NCBI GenBank assembly: GCA_014905635.1
Contig: JABVCE010000019.1
Coordinates: 434,001-498,000, forward strand
Length of the DNA: 64,000 bases
Source: Scenedesmus sp. PABB004
Taxonomy: Eukaryota
Direction of reading: 5' to 3'
Numbering within the stretch: the first letter of the stretch is position 1; each line of letters opens with the position of its first letter. Made by a program: the position numbers and the translations under genes. Under the pieces are notes generated by a model. That model saw only the letters and a list, made by a program, of their open reading frames with translations, was not told where the DNA came from and searched no databases. Below are positions 49,822 through 62,211 of the stretch, in pieces.

Positions 49822-51111
49822 TCAGCAGCTGGCCAAAGCCCCACAACGCGCACGCACGAAGCGCTCGAGCTCGCCCCACAGCTCGGGCAGGCAGCCAGAC
49901 CACCAGTGGTCCGCTGCGGCGACAACGCGGAGCTCCGCGCCTGTGTGTGCAGGCGGCGCGCGGCGGGTCGGCGCCCTTCGCCTGTGTTCGCCGCCGCCGG
50001 CGCGGGGAAGCCCCCGCCCCCTTCCGCGGGCCGTGCGGCGCGCACCCAGGATGCTGGCCGCGAGCGCCGCCGCGTCGGCCGCCTCGCAGATGGGGTCGGC
50101 GCTGCCGTGCAGCACGAGCGTCGCGGGGCGCGGGCGGCGCGCGCCGATGGCGGTGCACGCGCCGCGCATGTCGAGGGCGAGCCGTTCGCGCAGGTCCTGC
50201 AAGCACGGCGGGCGCCCCCGCGCCCGGGCGGCGGCGCGGCGCGTGCGTCAGCGGCCCCGCGGCGCTCTCGCGCCCCACCGCGCCTGCTGCACGCGGCCGC
50301 CGCCGCCGGCCGGGCGCACCTCGGCCGTCAGCGCCCAGCGCAGCAGCGCGCCGTCGCCGTCGCGGCGCGTCTCCTGCGGCCACGGCCCCGTCGCGTCGAG
50401 GCGGGCGAGCGCGTCGCCGCCGTAGCGGGCAGTGACGTTTAGTGAAAGGTCAAGCCGCCCTGACACCAGGACGAGCAGCGCCACGCCGCCGCGCGCGTGG
50501 CGGCCAGCGAAGAGCGTCGACGTGATCGCGCCGCGCGAGTGCCCTGCGCGGCAGGATTGAGGGTTGCGGCCGGGCGCGCGGCGCCCCGCGGGTGCGCCCC
50601 CGCGCGCCGCGGGCGCCCGGGCGCACCCAGCAGCAGCACCACGCGCTGGCCGCGGCCCTCCAGGAAGGCCACGGCCGCGGCGATCTGCTCCGGCTCCTGC
50701 GGCACGCCGCGCGGCGGCGCGAGCGGGCGGGCGCGCGCGGGCGGCTTTGGCGGCGGCGCGTGCGCGGGAGGGGGGGGGGGGGGGCGGCGCCGCGCGCGCG
50801 CGGCGCGCCTGCGCCATGCCCCCGAGGCGGAGCTCGCCCGGGCTGTCGCCGTTGCCGGCGACGTCGAAGCGCAGCGACGCGAGCCCCAGCGTGGCGAGGC
50901 GCTCTGCGATCGCTGGCAGGTGGAATCCGTCCTTGTGCGAGGCGAAGCCGTGCACCAGCACCGCTGCGTCGCGCGCCGAGAAGCAGTGCTGCGGCGGCGC
51001 GGCGCCGCCGGGCCCGGCGCCGGCCGGCGAGCAGAGCACGCCCGCGAGCGGCGCGCCGTGCGGGCCGGCGAACGTGACGCGCGTGTGCACGCACTGCGGG
51101 GGCGCAGCCAT
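49822..51111 (-). CDS. Alpha/beta hydrolase (multi-exon)
   Basis: VLVHGFAS, LRFDVAGNGDSPG, LLL|GHSRG nucleophile, LVLHGSAD, ADHW. Confidence 0.88.
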
Positions 51112-51564
51112 CGCGCGTGCGTTCTGCGGCGGCGGCGGCGGGACGCTGTGATGATGGGGGGCGTGTGTGATGGCGGCGGCTTGATGCTTCACGGAGCCGG
51201 ACAACGCCAGCGACGGCCGCCCCGACGACGACAGCGGCGGCCGCGCACCTTCGCCTGCCGCGAAAGCCGCGGCTAAAATGAGCTGGTGCTGCCCACCCGC
51301 TGCCAGCGCCCGATCGCCCCGCACCTCCCGCCGCCCGCGCGAGCAGCGCCCCGGTCTCGCCCCAGGCCCCACTCTCCCCATCACTGCCGCCCCCACTCGC
51401 CCAACCGCCGCTTGGCAATCGGCGATTGCCTCTCTCCTGGTCTCCGTCAGCTTCCAGTAGATCGACCGACGCAGCGCCCGAGCCAGGGGGGCCCCGCCAG
51501 ATCGCGGCGGCAGCAGCGGCAGCGGCGCAGCAGCGGTTGGCGGCCGCGCCGCCCGCACGGCGCG

Positions 51565-52308
51565 ATGCACACCGTCTGGTCGCGGGCCAACACGGTCCTG
51601 ACGTTCTTCGCGACCACGGTGTCGGTGCTGTGCGTGCTTGTGACGCTCACGGACGTGCTGCACACGTCGGACCCGCCCGTGTCGCTCAAGCTCACGGAGG
51701 TCAAGCGCCTCGCGCAGCACCGCGGCAAGCAGGACCAGGTGTCGCCGCCGCACGGCGCACATGCGCGCACGCGCGCGCCGCCGCGCCGCGCCGCGGCCGC
51801 CGGCAGCGCCGCGCCGACGCGCGCCCGCGCGGCGCGGCGCGCGCAGGCGGCGATCTCGATGGCGCTGCGCGCCGACCTGAGCAGCGCGTTCAGCTGGAAC
51901 ACCAAGCAGCTCTTCGTCTTTGTGCAGGCGGAGTACGCGACGCCCACCAACGCGCTCAACCAGGCGCGTGGCCCGCGCGGGCGCCATGCGCGCGTGGCTG
52001 CGTGCCGCGCCGCGGCCGCCCCGCGCGCCGCCCTCGCGCGACGTCCGCGCCACGCCCGCCGCCGCACGTCGTGCGCCGCGTCGCCACAGGTGGTGCTGTG
52101 GGACCGCATCGTCGAGTCGCCCGCCGACGCGGTGCTGTCGCTGCCGTCGCTGCGCCAGAAGTACGCGTGGCTCGACCACGGCGCGGGGCTGCGCGGCGCG
52201 GAGGTCAACCTCACGGTCGCGTGGAACGTCATGCCCCGCGTCGGCCGGCTCTTCACCGTCTCGCGCTCCTTCCCCGTCGGCCGCCTGCCCGAAGAGTACA
52301 CAGCGTGA
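51565..52308 (+). CDS. SPC3: Signal peptidase complex subunit 3 (SPC22/23), 3 exons
   Basis: MHTVWSRAN, TM helix, ADLSSAFSWNTKQLFVFVQAEY, NQ|VVLWDRIV, KYAWLD, WNVMPRVG. Intron 2 is GC-AG. Confidence 0.95.
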   Translation: MHTVWSRANTVLTFFATTVSVLCVLVTLTDVLHTSDPPVSLKLTEVKRLAQHRGKQDQVSPPHGAHARTRAPPRRAAAAGSAAPTRARAARRAQAAISMALRADLSSAFSWNTKQLFVFVQAEYATPTNALNQARGPRGRHARVAACRAAAAPRAALARRPRHARRRTSCAASPQVVLWDRIVESPADAVLSLPSLRQKYAWLDHGAGLRGAEVNLTVAWNVMPRVGRLFTVSRSFPVGRLPEEYTA

Positions 52309-52444
52309 GGAGAGGGCGCGCGCGCGTGCGGCGGGGCCGGAGCGCGGCGGGGGCCGGGAACGCGCGGCGCGCCGGCCGCGCGCGGGACCCGCATCGCGGC
52401 GGGGCGGGGCGGGCCGCGCTGCAACAGGGTCACCACACACGGCG

Positions 52445-53098
52445 TCACCAGGGGTCGCGCGCGAGCCCGGTCAGCGCCGCCGCGAGCATCAACGCCGACG
52501 GCTGAAACGTGAGGGAGAAACCGAGCGCCCGCGCGGCGGCGCCGGACTCGTAGCCGGCCGTGAACAGCGCCCGGCCGGCGACAAACAGCAGCGCGTGCGC
52601 GGGCAGCAGCACGAGGCCGCGCCCCGACGCCGGCGCGGCCGCCGCCCACGCGGCGCCCGCGGCCGCCGCGAGCACCGCCTGCTCGAGCGTGTTTTGGAGC
52701 TGCGCCTGCAGCACGCGCGCGCGCGCGCTCGGCGCGCCGCGCCCCGCCGCTGCGGCGATGTCGGCATCGCATGAGAAGCGATGATTCCCCATACGAGCGA
52801 CCGCGGCGAGCAGGCAGGCCGCCGGCAGCGCGGCCCACTTGGCCGCGAGGCGCCCGCGGCAGGCGCCGTCGCAGGCGCCGCCGCGCGCGGCCGCCGGCGG
52901 CCCTGCGGCGGCAGCAGCGGCGCAGCGTGCGGTCGGCTCGCTCGCACCCAGCCTGCCGGTCCGCGCGCGCCTGGCGCTCGCACCCAGCGCCGGCTCCAGC
53001 GCCAGCGCCAGCACCGCGACCGCCGCCGTGGTGGCGAGGCCGCAGACCACGCCGCGCAGCACGCCCCGCTGCTCAACGCTCCACGCCGGCCGCGCCAT
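52445..53098 (-). CDS. MAPEG family membrane protein
   Basis: LQNTLEQAVL, LFVAGRALFTAGY, ARALGFSLTF; four hydrophobic segments. A small in-frame intron is possible. Confidence 0.8.
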   Translation of the reverse strand: MARPAWSVEQRGVLRGVVCGLATTAAVAVLALALEPALGASARRARTGRLGASEPTARCAAAAAAGPPAAARGGACDGACRGRLAAKWAALPAACLLAAVARMGNHRFSCDADIAAAAGRGAPSARARVLQAQLQNTLEQAVLAAAAGAAWAAAAPASGRGLVLLPAHALLFVAGRALFTAGYESGAAARALGFSLTFQPSALMLAAALTGLARDPW

Positions 53099-53730
53099 CG
53101 CTCGCTGCCCAGGGCAGGCAGCCAGTGGTGCCCGGGAGCGCCCGGCACGTCTGCCGCCCGCTGTGGCCTGCTCAAACCAGTGGTGTCAGCGTTGCTGTGG
53201 GGCCTACTCCAGCCAGAGTATGAGCCGGGGACTGTTTTGAGTCAAAACCTCCCGACGGCGCCCTGCGGTCCGGGCGCTGCGCCGCCGGGCGTCACGACGC
53301 GCCGGCGCGGCGCGCGCTCGTGCCACTGGCCATGCTAGGCGCGGCCCGACACGCCGCGCCGCACGAAGAGGGCGCGAACTCGCTCAACCGGCGTCCAGCG
53401 TTGCAAGCTCGGGCAGAGAGCTGCTCGCGTCGCTCCCGCCGCGGGAGCCCACGGGAGGCCATGGCGATCGTGCGCGGCGGCGCCTGAGCGACAGGTGCGA
53501 TCCCGGGCGCGTCCTGGGCGCGATCGGCGGCGCGGGGCCGCAGGTCGGGGCGCGGCATCTCGCGCGGGCGGCCGGGGCGTCGCGCTGGGGCGCCCGCGGC
53601 CGCCCGCCCGGCGGCTCCCGGCTGCGGTGGCCACGCGCCACACCTTACTCTGCCCGGCCGCCCCGTCGCAGGCGCATGGCGCCGCCACAGCGCGTGCGGG
53701 GCTGCTGAGGCGCCTCTCGGACCGCGCGCG

Positions 53731-56578
53731 ATGGCCTCCTCCGCCCATGCCCGGGCGGAGGCGGAGTGGCAGAGCGCGCTGGAGCTGGAGAAGCGACTGA
53801 AGGCCACCTACAGGCGCGCCGCGGCGCCGCCGCTCCCGCAGCGCTGCCGCCGCTGCGCTGCCGCCGCTGCGCCGGCCGGTGCCCGACCCGCGCCGGCCCG
53901 CCGCCGCCGCGGGGGGCGCAGGAAGCGGTCGTTCTACGACCCCGAGGCGCGCCGGCTGCGCGGGGCGCTGCGGGGCGCGTACGAGGGGCTTCTCTTCCTC
54001 GACGCCGCGTTTGCGGCGGCGAACGACGTCGAGCAGCTGCTCTGGAAGAGCGTCTTCTATCGCCCCATCGAGGAGTTCCGGTCGCGCCTCAAGGCCGCCG
54101 ACAAGGCGCGCCACCGGGGGCCACGCCGCCGCCACGGCTGCGCCGCGATTGCGCCGCGCGGGGCGGGCGGCGCCGGCGGGGGCACGCGCGCCAACCATCG
54201 CCGCCGCCGCCGCCGGCCGCTGCTCCGCAGGCGGGCGACGCCGTCGGCGCGGCGCAGGCGCCCAAGGTCGCGTCCGCGTTTGTGCGCTTCCTCGACGAGG
54301 CCGCCGCCTTCTACCGGCACCTCATCATGGCCCTGCAGGTGTGCTCACACACGCCGGCGCCAGCGCCTGCGCCGCCAGCGCCGGCGGCGCCGCGGACCCC
54401 CGGCGCGCCCCGCGCGCGGCCGACGAGCGCGCGCGCCCCGCGCCCCCGCCCCCGCCCCCGGCCCGCGCGGCGCCGCAGGCGGCGTACGGCGACGTCGGCG
54501 TGCGGCTGGACGTGCCCGCCGGCGCCGGCGGCGGCGCGCCCGCCGCGCCAAACGGGGCGCACGCCAGCGCGGTGCGCGGCGCGGGGCGGGCCGGGGGCGG
54601 GCCGGGGGCGGGCGAGGACGGCTCGGCGGCGGCGCGCCGCCGCGCTGGTCGGGCCGCGCGCTGCTGCCCTGCATGCAGCCGTAAACAGAAAGTTTGCGGC
54701 TGCCTGCAGGGCAGCACCGCGCGCCCCGACCAGCGCGGCGGGCGGGCGCCGGGCCGCCCTCGCGCGTGTGCGCGCCCGCCGCACGCCCGCCTCGCGCCCG
54801 CCGCACGCCCGCCGCACGCCCGCGCCCCTGCCCACCCCCGCTGCCGCCGCCGCCGCCGCGGCAGGGCTCGTCCGCGCCGCGCGACGTGCGGCCGAGCGTG
54901 CACCGCTGCCTCATCTATCTGGGCGACCTCGCGCGCTACACCGCGCAGGCCGCGCCGCGCGCGGCGCCCGCCCCGGCGGCGCGCCGCCCGCGCCCGGCGG
55001 CTCCAGCAGCGCCGGCGGCGGCGGCGGCGCGGCCAAGCCCGAGTGGGCGCGCGCGGCGGGCTTCTATCGCCTCGCCGCGCGCGTGCTGCCGCGCAGCGGC
55101 AACCCGCACAACCAGCTCGCCGTGATGGCGGTGCTCGCCGGCGACGAGCTGCGCGGCGCGTACCACTACGCGCGCGCGCTCTGTGTCGGCCTGCCCTTCC
55201 TGACCGCGCGGGAGAACCTGCTGCTGCTGTTCGAGCAGAACCGCGGCCGGTGCGCGCCGCGCCGCGCCCTGCGCCGCGCCGCGCCCTGCGCCTGGCCGGC
55301 GCCGCCGCCGACGCGATTGCCGCGTCGCCGCCGCCGCGCAGGTACGCCGAGTGGGCCGCGGCGCGCGCCGCGGCGCCCGGCGCGGCGCCGCCGGCGCCGC
55401 GCGGCCTCGCCGGCGCGCTCGGCGACGTTGCGGTGTGCTACGTGCGCCTGTCGGGGCTGCTGATCGACCGCATCAACACGCACGAGTACGGGGCCATCGC
55501 GGGCGCCGCGGTCGCCGCGCTGGGCGTGCTGCTCAACGCCGGCGGCGCGGCCGAGCTGCTGCGCCGTCAGCCGCGCGCCGACTGCACGCCGCTGCACCTG
55601 GTCGTGCTCGGCGTGTTCTGCGTGCACCACTGCTCCGGCGGCTGCGCCGGCGGCGAGCGCGACAGCAGCATGGGCGACGGCGGCGGCCGCGGCGGCGGCG
55701 GCGGCGCGCCCGCGGCGCCGAGCTTTGGCAGCCACGGCGACGCGGCGGCGCGCGCGCTGCAGCGCAGCCGCGCGCTCACCGCGGTCTTCCGCACGGGGCG
55801 CCTGCTGGCCCAGGCGGCGACGTCCGCAACCAACACCGCCGCGGCGGCGGCGGCGGCCGCGGCGGGCGACGGCGCCGCGCCGCCGCCGGGCAAGACGGCG
55901 GCGACGTGCCTGCAGGTCGCGCTCAACGTGCAGCTGCAATGGCTCGCCGCGCAGCCCGGCTGTGCGGCGCTGCACCCGGGGCACGCGACCGAGGACGAGG
56001 CAAAGGCGCGCGCCACGTTCTGGGCGGCCGCCGCGCAGCTCGTCGCCGCGCTCGCGGCGGCGCACCCCGCGAGCGCGGCGGCGGGCGCGTGCGGCGCCGG
56101 CGCGGCCGGCGGGCCGCACGGCGCGGGCGGCAGCGGCTCGGCCGGCGGCGACGGCTGCGAGAGCGGCGCGCTGCCAGAGGAGCTCGAGCTGCTGGGCTTT
56201 GAGCCGCTGCGGTCGAAGCACCACTGGCACGTGACGGACGTGGGCAAGCTCGCGGTGGACGAGCCCGCCACGCGCGGCTGCCGCATGCTCGCCGCGGCTC
56301 GCGTCGTCGCGGCGGCGCTCGCGGCCGACCAGGCGCAGCAGGCGGCGCAGCTGCTGCGCTGCGGCGGCGGCGGCGGCGCCGGCGCGGTGCAGGCACAGAC
56401 GCTGCGGCAGCTCGCGGCGGGCGTGCAGCGCTTTGTATCTGCCGTCGCGGCGGCGGCGGCCGGCGGCGCGGAGCCGCCCGCGGCCGGGGCCGGTGCGGAG
56501 CTGCAGGCGCAGCGCCACCAGGCGCCGGCGGTGGCGCAGGCCATGGACGTCGACCGCGCCCGCCCCGGCGGCGCGGGC

Positions 56579-56646
<68 letters not shown>

Positions 56647-58303
56647 AGCGGAGGAGGAGGGGGAGGAGGAGGTTATTGTGTTCAGGCCGCGCGCCAGCCG
56701 GCTGTCCACTCCCAGCGAGGACGGCGGCGCGCCAGGCCCCTCCGCGGCGGGCGCGTCGCCGGCGGCGCCGCCGCCGCCCGGCGCCGGGCAGCCGCCCTCT
56801 GCGGCTGCGGGGGCCGCGCCCGAGCCGGCGCCGCCGCTGCCGGCGGCGCTGCTGGCGAGCCGGCACGCGCGGCGGCTGTCGGGCGGCAGCGTGCCGCCGT
56901 CGGGCCTCAGCTCACCGGCTGCGGCGGCCTCGCCGCTGCGCGGGCAGCAGGAGTCGCCGCAGGCCATGCTGATCAGCCCAGCCGGCAGCGTGAAGGCTGG
57001 TGGCCGGGCGGACAAGGCGCCCGGCGGCGCGGCGGCGAGCCCCACGCACCAGCCGGGGCGCGGCACGGCGGTGGGCGGCGCCGCTGGCTGGGGCGCCGGC
57101 GGCGGCGTGCTCCACGGCCACGCCGCAACGGCGCTGGACCTGCAGCAGGCGCAGGCGGCGTCGGATGCGCTGCTCGCGCGCCTGGGCGGCACGCCGGCGG
57201 CGGCGGCGCCCCCGGCCGCGGCCGGCGGCGGCCTCGGCGCGGGCGGCCTCGGCGTGAGCTGCCTCGGCGGCGGCCTGCCGCCGGCCCCCGGGTTCAGCAA
57301 CTTTGGCGGTGCCGCGGCGTCGGCCGGTGGCGTGGCGGCCGGCGACTACAGCCACGGCGCGGCCGGCGGGCTGGCGGGGCAGCTCAACCCGCGCGGCAAC
57401 CTGCGCTCGCAGCCGCCCTCGCTGGCGGTGTTCGGCGACGCCGCGGCGGGCGGCGGGCCCGGCCTGGCCCTGCAGCAGCAAGGCGGCGCGCCGCCGCCCG
57501 ACGCCGGCGGCGGGCTGAGCCGCCTGGGCGGCCTGGGCCTGGGACTGGAGCTGGGGGCCGACGCCGGCGGCTATGGTGCCTTTGGCGAGCTCGGCTTCGA
57601 CCCGCTCGGCGGCGGCGGCGGCGGCGCGGCGCCGATCGGCATCATCGCCCCGCGGCGCAGCGACGCGGCGGCGGCCGCCGCCGCCGCGGCAGCCGCGGCC
57701 GAGGCCGCGGGCGACAGCTACGGCGCCGACGGTTACGCGCTCGAGCTGACGGCGCGCGCGGCGGCAGACGTCGTGCTCTCGCCCGAGCGCGGCGGCGGCA
57801 GCGGCTTCGGCGCGATGCTGGCGGCGCACGAGGCGGCGGCGGGGCTGGCGGCCGCCGCCGCCGCCGCCGCGCCGCGGCCGCGCGGCACGGCGCGCCGCCC
57901 GCGCCCGGGGGCGGGCCTGGGCCTGGGCGCCACCGGCGACCTCGGCGGCGCGGCAGGCATGTTTGGCGGCCCCAGCCTGTTCGGCGGCGCCGTGCAGCAG
58001 CCCTCGGCGCCGCAGCACCGGCGCGTGAGCAGCAGCAGCATGGGCGCCGGCTCTCACTGCAGCCTGCCGGGCGAGGCGCCGGCGCAGCTGGGCTGGCAGC
58101 AGCAGCAGCAGGGCGAGGGCCTGGGGCCGCCGGGCAGCCCCCACGGCGCCTCGCCAGACGGCCTCACTCTGCTTGACTTTCTGGCAGCGCAGCAGGCCCG
58201 CGGCGGCGGCGGCGGCGGCGGCGGCGCCTTTGGCGGCGGCGGCCCGGGCGTGCTGCTGCCACCGCTCGACGCGGCGCAGTCGCAGAACCCCTTTGCGCCG
58301 TGA
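53731..58303 (+). CDS. SMG7: SMG7/EST1-like nonsense-mediated decay factor (multi-exon)
   Basis: VEQLLWKSVFYRPIEEFR, FLDEAAAFY, HRCLIYLGDLARY, PRSGNPHNQLAV, ARENLLLLFE, LPEELELLGFEPL, EEEVIVFRP. Low-complexity tail ending NPF. Confidence 0.9.
56582..56647 (+). repeat. (CAG)n poly-Gln tract in SMG7
   Basis: About 22 Gln codons. Confidence 0.95.
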
Positions 58304-58803
58304 GGCCCCATCAGCCGCTCTGCCGGCGGCGCGCTGTGCCGGCGTGATAGCTCACTAAATGACTGTGGCTCCAGCCCCTGCACGGCCGGCGCCCGAGACA
58401 CAGTTGCGGGGGGCGCGCCCCCACGCAAGAGGCACGCCAAGCTGCCGCGGCGCTGCGCAGCAGGTGCGCGCGGCGCGGCGGCGGGCGCGGCGCTCGCCGC
58501 GGCGCTCCTGCGGCGCTCGACGGCAACGCGCGCCCCCCGCGCCAGCGGCGGCGGCTGCCTCACCGCCCCTGCTGCCGCCTCCGCCGCGCCCGCAGGCCGC
58601 TGCCTCATCGTGCGGGGCGCGGGTGGCTGTGGGAGGGGGTCGGTTGGCCGGCGCTGGCGGTGCCTCAGCCGCGCGCAGCGGCTCGCGCACCGGCGCCATG
58701 TGGCAGGGCCTTGGAACACGGGCTCAGTAACACGTGGCATCCGCGGCAGCAGCTCGTGCCGCAGAGCCACCGCTGCCAGAGCCGCGACAGCCCGCGCGCG
58801 CGC

Positions 58804-61800
58804 TCACGCCGCCGCAGCTGCGGCCGCGGCCGGCCGCCGCGGCGGCAGCAGCGCGTCAGGCAGCGGGTGGCTCTCCGCGTGGTCCAGCGCGGTCAGCAGG
58901 TTGACCACCCACAGGCTCACCGTGTGCCGGTAGCTCGCCGGCTCGACGGGACAGAAGGCCACAAACGCGTGGGGCTCCACCGCGTCCGCCTGCGCTCGCG
59001 CGGGCGGGCGCGGCGCGGCGCGGCGTGGCGCGGCGCGGAGGGGGGGGGTCTCGGGCCTCAAGCCCTCAAAACCTCAAAACCCCAAACCCTCTATCCCCGG
59101 CCAGGCCCCTCAGGAAAAGACCCCTGAGCCCGTGCTGCGCACCGACTCGAGCCGCCGCATGAAGGGGTCGTTCGCCGCGAGCGCCCGCGCCGCGTCGGGC
59201 GTCATGCGCGCGGCCGACCACCGCGGCGGCCGCGCCGCCGCCGCCGCCGACGCCTGGCGCAGCTGCAGCTGCGTCAGCTGGTCCCGCGCGCTCGCCGGCG
59301 CCGCCGCCGGCGCCGCCGCCGGCGCCGCCGCCGGCGTCGCCGCCGGCAGCCCGTCGAGCGCCGCGCCCGCGGCGAGGGCGTAGGTGGCCGCGGCCGCGCT
59401 CGCCGCGGCGGCCTCCGCCTCGTGCGCCAGGTGCGCCGCGCCAAGGCCCGGCTTCATCACGCGACCGCTGGAGTACCTGCGCGGCGCGGCGCGGCGTCTG
59501 GGCCAGCAGGTGTGCCGCGCACGCTGCGCGCGCCGCGCGCCCAGCGCCTGGGGGCCCAGCGCGGCGCGCCGCGCCGCGCCTGCAGTTGGTGTCGCCGCAC
59601 AGCGGCTGCCGGCAGCCCTCCTGCAGCGCGCGCAGGCTCGGGCACACCACGCCGTGGTTGTCTGCGCGCGTGCGCCGCGCGGCGCCGTTAGCAGGGAGTC
59701 GGCCGCCCGTAGCCCCTCCCCAAAGCAGGGAATCTGTTTCAAACATGAACACAGCCCCAGCCCCTCCGCACCGTCGTGGTCGGGGGTGGTGAATCCCGCG
59801 TAAACCTCCACGCATGCGGCGTAGCCGAAGCGGCCGTCGACCAACATGCTGTCCGGCGCGGCGCCCTCGGCGACGTACCTGCGGCGCGGCGGGGGGTTAA
59901 CAGGGTTCAGGTTTCAGGGCTGGGGCGCTCGCGCGCTCAGGTCTGGCCGAGGTCGCAGGGCGCGGGCGTGTGCGTGTGCGGGCGGCGGCGCCGCAGGCGG
60001 GCCGGCGCCGCACATCGCGGCGGGTGCGTTGCTCGTGACGATGCCGCCGGCCAGGCGGTTCAGCTTGCCCGCCCACGCCTAGGCGGAGCGAGGAGAACGC
60101 GGCGGGCGGGCCGCCGGCGGTGTGGCTCAGGGGGCGCGTCAACACGAGGCTTCGCGCCGCGCTGCGGGCGCTCGCCCCGCGGGCGCCGCGCCGCCGCGCC
60201 TGCCACGCGTCGACGAGGGCGGGCTGCAGGTCACTGAAGTCGAAGCGATGGTTCCACGGCAGCAGGATCGCGCCTGGGCGGGCGGGCGGGCGCGTGTCCG
60301 GCCGTGCGCGGAGCGCGGGGGGCGCGGAGGTGCAGCGCACGCAGCGCGCGGCAGCGCGGCGGCGCGGCGCGCACTCGTGCCGCTGTGGACGTCCACGAAC
60401 GCCGCGCGCGGCCGCGCCGCGTGCGGGCCGGACATCACGTGCTCCCACAGCGCCCTCGTCTGCCACTCGCTGCGCGGTGCGCGCACAGGCGGGCGGGCGG
60501 GCGGGCGGGCGGCGGCTGGGGCTGGTGGTACGGGGCCGGCCACCGCGCTGCGCGCCGCGCCCCGCGCGCCGCGCGCCGCGGCTCGCAGCGCGCCGCGCGC
60601 CCGCGGGGCGCATGGCACGCGCCTGAGCGGCGCCGCGCCCTTCCACTCGTCCGACGCGGGCTGGTCCTCACGGTCGCCGTGGTCGACGTGGCTCCACCCG
60701 ACCGGCCAGTTGCGGTTCAGGTCCGTCTCTGCGCCCCGTGCGCGGCGCGGCACGGCGTGGGTTCAGGGCTCATGGCCAGGAGGAGTTCGGCCGAGCCCTG
60801 AGCTCAGGGCGCGACGCCGCGGCCGGAGGGCGCCCGGCGAGGGACGGCGCGCGGGCCCGCGCCCGCGGCCGTTGCCGTGTTCGATTGCCGCCGCCGCGCG
60901 CACCCGTGTCGACGGTCTTGCGCTGCGCATAGGTCCCCAGCTCGACCTGCTTGCGCCCGGCAGCATTGACCACGGGGACGACCTGGGCGGGAGAGATGGA
61001 GGGAGAGATGGGAGAGAGGGAGCTCATCAGATGGGAGGTCAATGGGGTGTCAGAGCGAGGCCGGCGAGAAGAGGAGCGGCCGAGCCGCGCCGACCGCGGG
61101 CAGGGCTGCTCCGCGCCCGGCAGCCACGGCGGGGTCTGCGCCCGCGGCGCCCGGCTGCCCCACCTCGACGAGCAGCCGCCGCCGCAGGTCCGCCGCCCAG
61201 ACGCGCAGCGCGGCCGCCGCGCCCGCCGCGCCACGGTCGCCGCCCGCCGGCGCGCGGCCCGCGGCGGCGAGGTGCCGCCGCGTCTCGGGCCAGGCCGCGA
61301 GCGTCGCGACGTCGCCCGCGAGCGCGCGGGCGAGCCAGTAGCAGACCTGAGCGTGCGCGGCGGCGGGCGGGCGGCTCAGGGTGCAGGGGGATCGGGGCCC
61401 GGGCCGCCGCGCCACGGCCTGGCGCGCGCGGCAGCCTTGCGTGCCGCCGTCGCACCTCGCTGGCGACGACCTCGCGCGCGTGCTGGCCGCAGATGATCAT
61501 AGCGTATCCCCGGTCGGGCGTGAGCGTGTCAAAGTCTGTCACCTGCGCCGCGCCCAGCGCGTAGCCCGTCGCCGCGTCGGCGATCGGCGCGACGCTGCGC
61601 CAGCGGCGGCGCGGGCGGGCGCGGCGCGGCGGTGAGCGATGCGCCAGGCTGCGCGCAGCGCGGCGCGCGCGACGGCCGCACCGCAGCGTGCCGCGCTGCC
61701 CCGCGAGGGCCGCCAGGTCGGCGGCGATGTCCTCGTTGGTATGATACAGCGGGCCGTCTGCTGCGTACGCCGCGCGCTCCTCCGCCCGAGCAGCAGCGCG

Positions 61801-61887
61801 CTCCGCTGGCTGCTCCGCCGCCGCGCCCGCCGCGGCCAGCGCTAGGGCCAGCGCGAGCGCAGTTGTGCTCCAGCGGCGTCGCGCCAT
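58804..61887 (-). CDS. Secreted M14 zinc carboxypeptidase-like protein (multi-exon)
   Basis: Signal peptide, YHT, GQHAREVV (HxxE), VVPVVNAAGR, DLNRNW, FVDVHSG, VEVY. Confidence 0.85.
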
Positions 61888-62211
61888 GGCTTACAGACCG
61901 TGCAGGCCGTGCGGGCGCGCGTGGGCCGTGCGGGCGCGCGCGGGCCCGACTCCCGCGCGCACGCGGCGGGCTGCCGCGAGCGGGGGCGCTGCGACGCGCT
62001 GGCAGCTGGCACCTGAGCTTTATTTACGCTTGTAAAGACGAACTAGCATGCGCAGCGAGGCTCGCGGGGCCGCAGCGCGGAGCTGACGGGCCGGAGGGCG
62101 CGCGCAACTGCGACTCGGCTGCCTCCGCGCCCGCGCGCCGGTCGCGGCACCGATCAAGACAACGGAGAGCTCACAGTGGTCGCACCCGCTGCCACGGCAA
62201 ACGCGCGACGC